A DNA stretch of 64,000 nucleotides from Eledone cirrhosa (lineage: Eukaryota): contig OZ024741.1 in assembly GCA_964016885.1 (NCBI GenBank), positions 48,174,001 to 48,238,000 of the forward strand, read 5' to 3'. Positions within the stretch are counted from its first letter, which is position 1, and each line of letters begins with the position of its first letter. The notes beneath the pieces were generated by a model, which made no database searches, was not told the origin of the DNA, and saw only the letters and a program-made list of their open reading frames with translations. Below, piece after piece: positions 30,301 to 43,700 of the stretch. A program made the translations under genes and the position numbers.

Positions 30301-33300
30301 TATATTTAGTTGTATCTGGTCTACACAGACTATATATATATTTAGTTGTATCTGGTCTACACAGACTATATATATATTTAGTTGTATCTGGACTACACAG
30401 CCTATATATATATTTAGTTGTGTCTCTGGTCTACACAGACTATATATATATTTAGTTGTATCTCTGGTCTACACAGACTATATATATATTTAATTGTGTC
30501 TCTGGTCTACACAGACTATATATATATTTAGTTGTATCTCTGGTCTACACAGACTATATATATATTTAGTTGTATCTGGACTACACAGACTATATATATA
30601 TTTAGTTGTGTCTCTGGTCTACACAGACTATATATATATTTAGTTGTGTCTCTGGTCTACACAGACTATATATATATTTAGTTGTGTCTCTGGTCTACAC
30701 AGACTATATATATATTTAGTTGTGTCTCTGGTCTACACAGACTATATATATATTTAGTTGTGTCTCTGGTCTACACAGCCTATATATATATTTAGTTGTG
30801 TCTCTGGTCTACACAGACTATATATATATTTAGTTGTATCTCTGGTCTACACAGACTATATATATATTTAATTGTGTCTCTGGTCTACACAGACTATATA
30901 TATATTTAGTTGTATCTCTGGTCTACACAGACTATATATATATTTAGTCGTATCTGGTCTCCACAGACTATATATCTATTTAGTTTTATCTCTGGTCTAC
31001 ACAGACTATATATATATTTAGTTGTGTCTCTGGTCTACACAGACTATATATATATTTAGTTGTGTCTCTGGTCTACACAGCCTATATATATATTTAGTTG
31101 TGTCTCTGGTCTACACAGACTATATATATATTTAGTTGTATCTCTGGTCTACACAGACTATATATATATTTAATTGTGTCTCTGGTCTACACAGACTATA
31201 TATATATTTAGTTGTATCTCTGGTCTACACAGACTATATATATATTTAGTCCTATCTGGTCTCCACAGACTATATATCTATTTAGTTTTATCTCTGGTCT
31301 ACACAGACTATATATATATTTAGTTGTGTCTCTGGTCTACACAGACAATATATATATTTAGTTGCATCTCTGGTCTACACAGACTATATATATATTTAGT
31401 TGTATCTCTGGTCTACACAGACAATATATATATTTAGTTGTATCTCTGGTCTACACAGACTATATATATATTTAGTTGTGTCTCTGGTCTACACAGACAA
31501 TATATATATATTTAGTTGTATCTCTGGTCTACACAGACTATATATATATTTAGTTGTGTCTCTGGTCTACACAGACTATATATATATTTAGTTGTATCTG
31601 GTCTCCACAGACTATGTATATATTTAGTTGTATCTGGTCTCCACAGACTATATATATATTTAGTTGTATCTGGTCTCCACAGACTATATATATATTTAGT
31701 TGTATCTGGTCTCCACAGACTATATATCTATTTAGTTGTATCTCTGGTCTCCACAGACTATATATCTATTTAGTTGTATCTCTGGTCTCCACAGACTATA
31801 TATATATTTAGTTGTATCTCTGGTCTACAGAGACTATATATATATTTAGTTGTATCTGGACTCCACAGACTATATATATATATTTAGTTGTATCTCTGGT
31901 CTCCACAGACTATATATATATTTAGTTGTATCTGGTCTCCACAGACTATATATATATTTAGTTGTATCTGGTCTCCACAGACTATATATATATTTAGTTG
32001 TATCTCTGGTCTCCACAGACTATATATATATTTAGTTGTATCTGGTCTCCACAGACTATATATATATATTTAGTTGTATCTGGTCTACACAGACTATATA
32101 TATATTTAGTTGTATCTCTGGTCTACACAGACTATGTATATATTTAGTTGTATCTCTGGTCTACACAGACTATATATATATTTAGTTGTATCTCTGGTCT
32201 CCACAGACTATATATATATTTAGTTGTGTCTGGTCTCCTCAGACTATATATATATATTTAGTTGTATCTGGTCTACACAGACTATATATATATTTAGTTG
32301 TATCTCTGGTCTCCACAGACTATTTATATATTTAGTTGTGTCTCTGGTCTCCACAGACTATATATATATTTAGTTGTGTCTCTGCTCTACACAGACTATA
32401 TATATATTTAGTTGTATCTCTGGTCTCCACAGACTATATATATATTTAGTTGTATCTCTGGTCTACACAGACTATGTATATATTTAGTTGTATCTCTGGT
32501 CTCCACAGACTATATATATATTTAGTTGTATCTCTGGTCTCCACAGACTATATATATATTTAGTTGTATCTGGTCTACACAGACTATATATATATTTAGT
32601 TGTATCTGGTCTACACAGACTATATATATATTTAGTTGTATCTGGACTACACAGCCTATATATATATTTAGTTGTGTCTCTGGTCTACACAGACTATATA
32701 TATATTTAGTTGTATCTCTGGTCTACACAGACTATATATATATTTAATTGTGTCTCTGGTCTACACAGACTATATATATATTTAGTTGTATCTCTGGTCT
32801 ACACAGACTATATATATATTTAGTTGTATCTGGACTACACAGACTATATATATATTTAGTTGTGTCTCTGGTCTACACAGACTATATATATATTTAGTTG
32901 TGTCTCTGGTCTACACAGACTATATATATATTTAGTTGTGTCTCTGGTCTACACAGACTATATATATATTTAGTTGTGTCTCTGGTCTACACAGACTATA
33001 TATATATTTAGTTGTGTCTCTGGTCTACACAGCCTATATATATATTTAGTTGTGTCTCTGGTCTACACAGACTATATATATATTTAGTTGTATCTCTGGT
33101 CTCCACAGACTATATATATATTTAGTTGTATCTCTGGTCTACACAGACTATATATATATTTAGTTGTGTCTCTGGTCTACACAGACTATATATATATTTA
33201 GTTGTATCTCTGGTCTACACAGACTATATATATATTTAGTTGTATCTCTGGTCTACACAGACAATATATATATTTAGTTGTATCTCTGGTCTACACAGAC

Positions 33301-36097
33301 TATATATATATTTAGTTGTGTCTCTGGTCTACACAGACAATATATATATATTTAGTTGTATCTCTGGTCTACACAGACTATATATATATTTAGTTGTGTC
33401 TCTGGTCTACACAAACTATATATATATTTAGTTGTATCTGGTCTACACAGACTATATATCTATTTAGTTGTATCTCTGGTCTCCACAGACTATATATATA
33501 TTTAGTTGTGTCTCTGGTCTACACAGACAATATATATATTTAGTTGTGTCTGGTCTGCACAGACTATATATATATTTAGTTGTATCTGGTCTACACAGAC
33601 TATATATATATTTAGTTGTATCTCTGGTCTACACAGACTATATATATTTAGTTGTATCTCTGGTCTACACGGACTATATATATATTTAGTTGTCTCTCTG
33701 CTCTACACAGACTATATATATATTTAGTTGTGTATCTGGTCTCCACAGACTATATATATATTTAGTTGTATCTCTGGTCTACACAGACTATATATATATT
33801 TAGTTGTGTCTCTGGTCTACACAGACTATATATATATTTAGTTGTATCTGGTCTCCACAGACTATATATATATTTAGTTGTATCTCTGGTCTCCACAGAC
33901 TATATATATATTTAGTTGTATCTCTGGTCTCCACAGACTATATATATATTTAGTTGTATCTGGTATACACAGACTATATATCTATTTAGTTGTATCTCTG
34001 GTCTACACAGACTATATATATATTTAGTTGTATCTCTGGTCTCCACAGACTATATATATATTTAGTTGTATCTCTGGTCTACACAGACTATATATATATT
34101 TAGTTGTATCTGGTCTACAGACTATATATATATTTAGTTGTATCTCTGGTCTACACAGACTATATATATATTTAGTTGTATCTCTGGTCTACACAGACTA
34201 TATATATATTTAGTTGTATCTGGTCTACACAGACTATATATATATTTAGTTGTATCTGGTCTACACAGACTATATATATATTTAGTTGTATCTCTGGTCT
34301 ACACAGACTATATATATATTTAGTTGTATCTCTGGTCTCCACAGACTATATATATATTTAGTTGTATCTCTGGTCTACACAGACAATATATATATTTAGT
34401 TGTATCTGGTCTACACAGACTATATATATATTTAGTTGTATCTCTGGACTCCACAGACTATATAGATATTTAGTTGTCTCTGGTCTACACAGACTATATA
34501 TATATTTAGTTGTATCTCTGGTCTACACAGACAATATATATATTTAGTTGTATCTCTGGTCTACACAGACTATATATATATTTAGTTGTATCTCTGGTCT
34601 ACACAGACTATATATATATTTAGTTGTATCTCTGGACTCCACAGACTATATAGATATTTAGTTGTATCTGGTCTCCACAGACTATATATATCCATTTAGT
34701 TGTATCTGGTCTACACAGACTATATTTATATTTAGTTGTATCTCTGGTCTACACAGACTATATATATATTTAGTTGTATCTCTGGTCTCCACAGACTATA
34801 TATATATTTAGTTGTATCTGGTCTACACAGACTATATATATATTTAGTTGTATCTCTGGTCTACACAGACTATATATATATTTAGTTGTATCTCTGGTCT
34901 CCACAGACTATATATATATTTAGTTGTATCTGGTCTACACGGACTATATATATATTTAGTTGTATCTCTGGTCTACACAGACTATATATATATTTAGTTG
35001 TATCTCTGGTCTACACAGACTATATATATATTTAGTTGTCTCTCTGCTCTACACAGACTATATATATATTTAGTTGTATCTGGTATCCACAGACTATATA
35101 TATATTTAGTTGTATCTCTGGTCTCCACAGACTATATATATATTTAGTTGTGTATCTGGTCTACACAGACTATATATATATTTAGTTGTATCTCTGGTCT
35201 ACACAGACTATATATATATTTAGTTGTATCTCTGGTCTACACAGACTATATATATATTTAGTTGTATCTGGTCTACACAGACTATATATATATTTAGTTG
35301 TCTCTCTGGTCTACACAGACTATATATATATTTAGTTGTATCTCTGGTCTACACAGACTATATATATATTTAGTCGTATCTGGTCTCCACAGACTATATA
35401 TATATTTAGTTGTATCTGGTCTACACAGACTATATATATATTTAGTTGTCTCTCTGGTCTACACAGACTATATATATATTTAGTTGTCTCTCTGGTCTAC
35501 ACAGACTATATATATATTTAGTCGTATCTGGTCTCCACAGACTATATATATATTTAGTCGTATCTGGTCTCCACAGACTATATATATATTTAGTTGTATC
35601 TGGTCTCCACAGTCTATATATATATTTAGTTGTGTCTCTGGTCTCCACAGACTATATATATCCATTTAGTTGTATCTCTGGTCTACACAGACTATATATA
35701 TATTTAGTTGTGTCTCTGGTATCCACAGACTATATATATATTTAGTTGTGTCTCTGGTCTACACAGACTAAATATATATTTAGTTGTGTCTGGTCTACAG
35801 ACTATATATCTATTTAGTTGTATCTGGTCTACACAGACTATATATATATTTAGTTGTATCTCTGGTCTCCACAGACTATATATATATTTAGTTGTGTCTG
35901 GTCTACAGACTATATATATATTTAGTTGTGTCTCTGGTCTACACAGACTATATATATATTTAGTTGTCTCTCTGCTCTACACAGACTATATATATATTTA
36001 GTTGTATCTGGTCTACACAGACTATATATATATTTAGTTGTATCTGGTCTACACAGACTATATATATATTTAGTTGTATCTCTGGTCTACACAGATT

Positions 36098-36128
<31 letters not shown>

Positions 36129-37717
36129 CCGTTTTACGTCCGTTCTTCCACGCTAGCATGGGTTAGACGGGTTGTCCTGTTGTGTGCAGTGTCTGGTTGG
36201 CTGACCATGCCTTGCTCATACAGGAACTGATCTGGCTTGATTTCTACAGCTGGATGCCCTTCCTAACACCAACCTCATTTACAGTGAGTGCTGGGTGCTT
36301 TTTCGTGGCGCCTACACGTCCACTTTACAGTGTGGGCTGGGTGCTCTTTTGCCGTGGCACCTCCACGACCACCTTGCGGTGGGGGGTGTGGGGGCATATT
36401 GTTTATATACTTCAGCATGTACCCATGGGAGGTCGGGTACTCTGTATTACTGCGTGACGCCAGAAGTCACGGTCGTGTGTCATTGTCTTTGAGAGGTGTA
36501 ATTGGGTAAGGTCGGCTTTTATCACCTCATCCCAGGTCATCTTGGGTCTCCCCACTCCGCGGTTTCCATCAACTTCTAGTGCTCTGCACCTTTTTATGCA
36601 GCTGTCATCCTTCATACGCATCACATGTCCATACCAGCACAACCGCCTCTCCTGCACACAGCATTTGATTCCTCTTATGCTCAGTCTCTCTCTCAATTCA
36701 TTTATGCTTTGTCGTTCACGTATATTACTGTTACACATCCATCGGAGCATGCAGGCTTCGTTTCTCTCTAATCTACGTAAGTCTTCCACCTTCAGCGCCC
36801 AGGTCTCTCTACCATGCAACATCGCTGTTCGGATACACGCATCATACAGTCTGCCTTTCATTCTGAGGGAGAAGCCTTTTGCAGCTAGCAGTGGTAGTAG
36901 TTCCCTAAACGTCTTCCATCCCGTTCTTACCCTAGTTATTGTACTTTCTGAACACCCACCTCCGTTGCTAATTCGGTCACCTAGGTAGCAGAAGCTGTCT
37001 ACTGTTTCTAGAGGGCCCTCCCAGAGATTGGTGGTACTTGTTTCTTGTGGCTGTTTGCTGATTGCTGTTTCAGCACAGCTGTTGCATGTGAATCCTACAT
37101 TCTTAATTAAGCTTCCTGAGATCCCGCTACATCTCTTGTGTACCCATTGTTTGCATTTGGGGCAGAGAATGGAGTTCCTACCTACACCGTTCCTACATAC
37201 TGAGCAAGGCCATTTCCCCGAGGGGATCTGGGTTCTGTTTTCTCATCTACTTACAAGGACCTTAGTCTTGGTCATGTTGACTTTGAGACCCTTTCTCTCT
37301 AGTCCCTGCTTCCAGGTTTGGAATTTATTCTCTAGTTCTACCATAGATTCAGCTATGAGTGCGAGGTCATCAGCATACAGGAGTTCCCATGGGCATCCGG
37401 TCTTAAACTCCTCCGTTATTGCCTGCAGGACGATGGTGAACAGGAGAGGGCTAAGATCAGAGCCCTGGTGGACCCCAACCTGTACGCTAAATTCCTCGCT
37501 ATACTCATTGCTAATCCTAACTTTGCTGACTGCTCCCCTATACATGGCTTGTACTGCTTTCACAAGCCATTCATCTACTCCTAGTTTTCTAAGAGCGCAC
37601 CAGATTACAGCACGTGGAACTCTGTCAAAGGCTTTCTCAAGGTCAACAAATGCCAGGTAGAGTGGCTTACTTTTAGCTAGGTACTTTTCCTGTAATTGCC
37701 TCACAAGGAAGAGAGCA
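36098..37717 (-). mobile_element. 5'-truncated RTE-clade LINE (subfamily A) inserted in the minisatellite
   Basis: (ATC)n at 36098-36128 is the (GAT)n 3' tail on the minus strand, followed by the 3' UTR. RT motifs FVDLEKAFDRV, GVHQGSDLSP and YADD, and RTE-type C-terminal motifs LHGRETW, WYGHVMR and GRPKMTW are present. Nearly identical to 62271-63401. Confidence 0.95.
36412..37716 (-). pseudogene. RTE ORF fragment: reverse transcriptase with embedded PHD-like finger and C-terminal region
   Basis: One continuous frame (1305 nt) runs from ALFLVRQLQEKY to RPPMGTC*. It is broken only by one in-frame TGA at 37243-37245; ORFs 37243..37800 and 36412..36861 are in the same frame. Confidence 0.92.
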
Positions 37718-40065
37718 GAAAAAAAATATATATATATATATTTAGTTGTCTCTGGTCTACACATACTATATATATATTTAGTTGTATCTCTGGTCTCCAC
37801 AGACTATATATATATTTAGTTGTATCTCTGGTCTACACAGACAATATATATATTTAGTTGTATCTGGTCTACACAGACTATATATATATTTAGTTGTATC
37901 TCTGGTCTACACAGACTATATATATATTTAGTTGTATCTCTGGACTCCACAGACTATATAGATATTTAGTTGTCTCTGGTCTACACAGACTATATATATA
38001 TTTAGTTGTCTCTGGTCTACACATACTATATATATATTTAGTTGTCTCTGGTCTACACAGACTATATATATATTTAGTTGTATCTCTGGTCTACACAGAC
38101 TATATATATATTTAGTTGTATCTGGTCTACACAGACTATATATCTATTTAGTTGTATCTCTGGTCTACACAGACTATATATATATTTAGTTGTATCTCTG
38201 GTCTACACAGACTATATATATATTTAGTTGTATCTGGTCTACACAGACTATATATCTATTTAGTTGTATCTCTGGTCTACACAGACTATATATATATTTA
38301 GTTGTCTCTGGTCTACACAGACTATATATATATTTAGTTGTATCTCTGGTCTACACAGACTATATATATATTTAGTTGTGTCTCTGGTCTACACAGACTA
38401 TATATATATTTAGTTGTATCTCTGGTCTCCACAGATTATATATATATTTAGTTGTGTCTCTGGTCTACACAGACTATATATATATTTAGTTGTATCTCTG
38501 GTCTACACAGACTATATATATATTTAGTTGTGTCTCTGGTCTACACAGACTATATATATTTAGTTGTATCTCTGGTCTCCACAGACTATATATATATTTA
38601 GTTGTGTCTCTGGTCTACACAGACTATATATATATTTAGTTGTATCTCTGGTCTACACAGATTATATATATATTTAGTTGTATCTGCTCTCCAGACTATA
38701 TATATATTTAGTTGTATCTCTGGTCTACACAGACTATATATATATTTAGTTGTGTATCTGGTCTCCACAGACTATATATATATTTAGTTGTATCTGGTCT
38801 ACACAGACTATATATATATGTAGTTGTATCTCTGGTCTACACAGACTATATATATATTTAGTTGTGTCTCTGGTCTACACAGACTATATATATATTTAGT
38901 TTTATCTCTGGTCTACACAGACTATATATCTATTTAGTTGTATCTGGTCTCCACAGACTATATATATATTTAGTTGTATCTCTGGTCTCCACAGACTATA
39001 TATATATTTAGTTGTATCTGGTCTACACAGACTATATATATATTTAGTTGTGTCTGGTCTACACAGACTATATATATATTTAGTTGTGTATCTGGTCTCC
39101 ACAGACTATATATATATTTAGTTGTATCTGGTCTCCACAGACTATATATATATTTAGTTGTGTCTCTGGTCTACACAGACTATATATCTATTTAGTTGTA
39201 TCTGGTCTACACAGACTATATATATATTTAGTTGTGTCTCTGGTCTACACAGACTATATATATATTTAGTTGTGTATCTGGTCTACACAGACTATATATA
39301 TATTTAGTTGTATCTCTGGTCTACACAGACTATATATATATTTAGTTGTGTCTGGTCTACGCAGACTATATATATATTTAGTTGTATCTCTGGTCTAAAC
39401 AGACTATATATATATTTAGTTGCCTCTGGTGTACACAGACTATATATATATTTAGTTACCTCTGGTGTACACAGACTATATATATATTTAGTTGTATCTG
39501 GTCTACACAGACTATATATATATTTAGTTGTATCTGGTCTACACAGACTATATATATATTTAGTTGTATCTCTGGTCTCCACAGACTATGTATATATTTA
39601 GTTGTATCTCTGGTCTACACAGACTATATATATATTTAGTTGTATCTCTGGTCTCCACAGACTATATATATATTTAGTTGTATCTGGTCTACACAGACTA
39701 TATATATATTTAGTTGTGTCTCTGGTCTACACAGACTATATATATATTTAGTTGTATCTGGTCTCCACAGACTATATATATATTTAGTTGTATCTGGTCT
39801 ACACAGACTATATATCTATTTAGTTGTATCTGGTCTACAGACTATATATATATTTAGTTGTGTCTCTGGTCTACACAGACTATATATATATTTAGTTGTA
39901 TCTGGTCTACAGACTATATATATATATGTGTAGACCAGAGATACAACTAGACTATATATATATTTAAATGTATCTCTGGTCTACACAGACTATATATATA
40001 TTTAGTTGTAACTAGTCTCCACAGACTATATATATATTTAGTTGTGTCTCTGGTCTACACAGACT

Positions 40066-40750
40066 ATCATCATCATCATCGTTTAACGTCCATGTTCCAC
40101 GCTTACATGGGTTTGGACGGGAGTTTTCCCACTTGAGGCAAGAGTGGTTGTCTTGCTCTCATAGGACTGTCTGGCGGGTTTTCTACAGCTGGATGCCCTT
40201 CCTAACACCAACCACATCTACAGTGTGGGACTGGGGGGTTTTTACCGTGTTGCCTACACGGTCACATTACAGCTTGGACTGTGTATTTTTTGTCGTGACA
40301 CCTACACGATCTCATTTGTTTCGGCCTTGATTTTGTGGCACTAACATAACTTTACATTGAAAGGGGCGGTGTGATGGGGTGGGGGTGGTGGGACGGGGGT
40401 GTATTTTGTTAGAGATGCCTACTGACTGTAGTAGGTTTTACTTTGTATTTAGGTAAGGCAGGTCTTCTCTATTACTGAGTACCGCCAAAGATCTCGGTCC
40501 AGTGACATTGTCTTGGAGAGGTGTAAGTGTGTGAGGTGGGAATTTATCAGCTCGTCCCAGGTTTTTCTGGGTCTGCCTACTCCGTGGCTACCGTCTATCT
40601 TTATTGCCCTGCACTTTGCTATACAGCTGTCGTCTTTCATGCGCATCACGTGACCATACCAACGTAGCCTTCTCTCGAGTAAACAACATCTGATCCCTTT
40701 TATTTCTTATTTTTTCCTTAGTTCGTTTATGCTTTGCCGTTCGCGCATAT
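40066..40750 (-). mobile_element. 5'-truncated RTE LINE (subfamily B), 3' ~0.7 kb
   Basis: (ATC)5 tail at 40066-40080, 3' UTR, and ORF end MRMKDDSCIAKCRAIKIDGSHGVGRPRKTW. Colinear with 60184-60870. An upstream in-frame TAA is present. Confidence 0.93.
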
Positions 40751-43700
40751 ATATATTTAATTGTATCTGGTCTCCACAGACTATATATATGTTTAGTTGT
40801 ATCTGGTCTCCACAGACTATATATATATTTAGTTGTATCTCTGGTCTACACAGACTATATATATATTTAGTTTTATCTCTGGTCTACACAGACTATATAT
40901 ATATTTAGTTGTATCTGGTCTCCACAGACTATATATATATTTAGTTGTATCTCTGGTCTACACAGACTATATATATATTTAGTTGTATCTGGTCTCCACA
41001 GACTATATATATATTTAGTTGTATCTCTGGTCTCCACAGACTATATATATATTTAGTTGTATCTCTGGTCTACACAGACTATTTATATATTTAGTTGTAT
41101 CTCTGGTCTCCACAGACTATATATATATTTAGTTGTATCTCTGGTCTCCACAGACTATATATATATTTAGTTGTATCTCTGGTCTACACAGACTATATAT
41201 ATATTTAGTTGTATCTGGTCTACACAGACTATATATATATTTAGTTGTATCTCTGGTCTACACAGACTATATATATATTTAGTTGTATCTCTGGTCTACA
41301 CAGACTATATATATATTTAGTTGTATCTCTGGTCTACACAGACTATATATATATTTAGTTGTATCTCTGGTCTACACAGACTATATATATATTTAGTTGT
41401 ATCTCTGGTCTACACAGACTATTTATATATTTAGTTGTATCTCTGGTCTACACAGACTATATATATATTTAGTTGTATCTCTGGTCTCTACAGACTATAT
41501 ATATATTTAGTTGTATCTCTGGTCTACACAGACTATATATATATTTAGTTGTATCGGGTCTCCACAGACTATATATATATTTAGTTTTATCTCTGGTCTA
41601 CACAGACTATATATATATTTAGTTGTATCTGGTCTACACAGACTATATATATATTTAGTTGTATCTCTGGTCTCCACAGACTATATATATATTTAGTTGT
41701 GTCTCTGGTCTCCACAGACTATATATATATTTAGTTGTGTCTGGTCTACACAGACTATATATATATTTAGTTGTATCTGGTCTCCACAGACTATATATAT
41801 ATTTAGTCGTATCTGGTCTACACAGACTATATATATATTTAGTTGTATCTCTGGTCTCCACAGACTATATATATATTTAGTTGTATCTGGTCTACACAGA
41901 CTATATATATATTTAGTTGTATCTCTGATCTCCACAGACTATATATATATTTAGTTGTGTCTATGGTCTCCATAGACTATATATATATTTAGTTGTATCT
42001 CTGATCTCCACAGACTATATATATATTTAGTTGTGTCTCTGGTCTCCACAGACTATATATATATTTAGTTGTATCTGGTCTACACAGACTATATATATAT
42101 TTAGTTGTATCTCTGATCTCCACAGACTATATATATATTTAGTTGTGTCTCTGGTCTCCACAGACTATATATATATTTAGTTGTGTCTCTGGTCTCCACA
42201 GACTATATATATATTTAGTTGTATCTCTGGTCTACACAGACTATATATATATTTAGTTGTGTCTCTGGTCTCCACAGACTATATATATATTTAGTTGTGT
42301 CTCTGGTCTCCACAGACTATATATATATTTAGTTGTATCTCTGGTCTACACAGACTATATATATATTTAGTCGTATCTGGTCTACACAGACTATATATAT
42401 ATTTAGTCGTATCTGATCTACACAGACTATATATATATTTAGTTGTGTCTCTGGTCTACACAGACTATATATATATTTAGTCGTATCTGGTCTACACAGA
42501 CTATATATATATTTAGTCGTATCTGGTCTACACAGACTATATATATATTTAGTTGTGTCTCTGGTCTCCACAGATTATATATATATTTAGTTGTATCTCT
42601 GATCTCCACAGATTATATATATATTTAGTCGTATCTGGTCTACACAGACTATATATATATTTAGTTGTGTCTCTGGTCTCCACAGATTATATATATATTT
42701 AGTTGTATCTCTGATCTCCACAGACTATATATATATTTAGTTGTGTCTCTGGTCTCCACAGACTATATATATATTTAGTTGTATCTCTGGTCTACACAGA
42801 CTATATATATATTTAGTTGTATCTCTGATCTCCACAGACTATATATATATTTAGTTGTGTCTCTGGTCTCCACAGACTATATATATATTTAGTTGTATCT
42901 GGTCTACACAGACTATATATATATTTAGTTGTATCTGGTCTACACAGACTATATATATATTTAGTTGTGTCTCTGGTCTCCACAGACTATATATATATTT
43001 AGTTGTATCTCTGGTCTACACAGACTATATATATATTTAGTTGTGTCTCTGGTCTACACAGACTATATATATATTTAGTTGTGTCTCTGGTCTCCACAGA
43101 CTATATATATATTTAGTTGTATCTCTGGTCTACACAGACTATATATATATTTAGTTGTGTCTCTGGTCTACACAGACTATATATATATTTAGTTGTGTCT
43201 CTGGTCTCCACAGACTATATATATATTTAGTTGTATCTCTGGTCTACACAGACTATATATATATTTAGTTGTGTCTCTGGTCTACACAGACTATATATAT
43301 ATTTAGTTGTGTCTCTGGTCTCCACAGACTATATATATATTTAGTTGTATCTCTGGTCTACACAGACTATATATATATTTAGTTGTATCTCTGATCTCCA
43401 CAGACTATATATATATTTAGTTGTGTCTCTGGTCTCCACAGACTATATATATATTTAGTTGTATCTGGTCTACACAGACTATATATATATTTAGTTGTGT
43501 CTCTGGTCTCTACAGACTATATATATATTTAGTTGTATCTCTGGTCTACACAGACTATATATATATTTAGTTGTGTCTCTGGTCTACACAGACTATATAT
43601 ATATTTAGTTGTGTCTCTGGTCTCCACAGACTATATATATATTTAGTTGTATCTCTGGTCTACACAGACTATATATATATTTAGTCGTATCTGGTCTACA

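Noticed and set aside
36542-37660. Plus-strand ORFs of 148 and 210 aa (also 60852-61520 and 62232-63020 on the strand opposite the LINE)
   Set aside because: They are antisense shadows of the RTE RT frame, with no independent protein motif.
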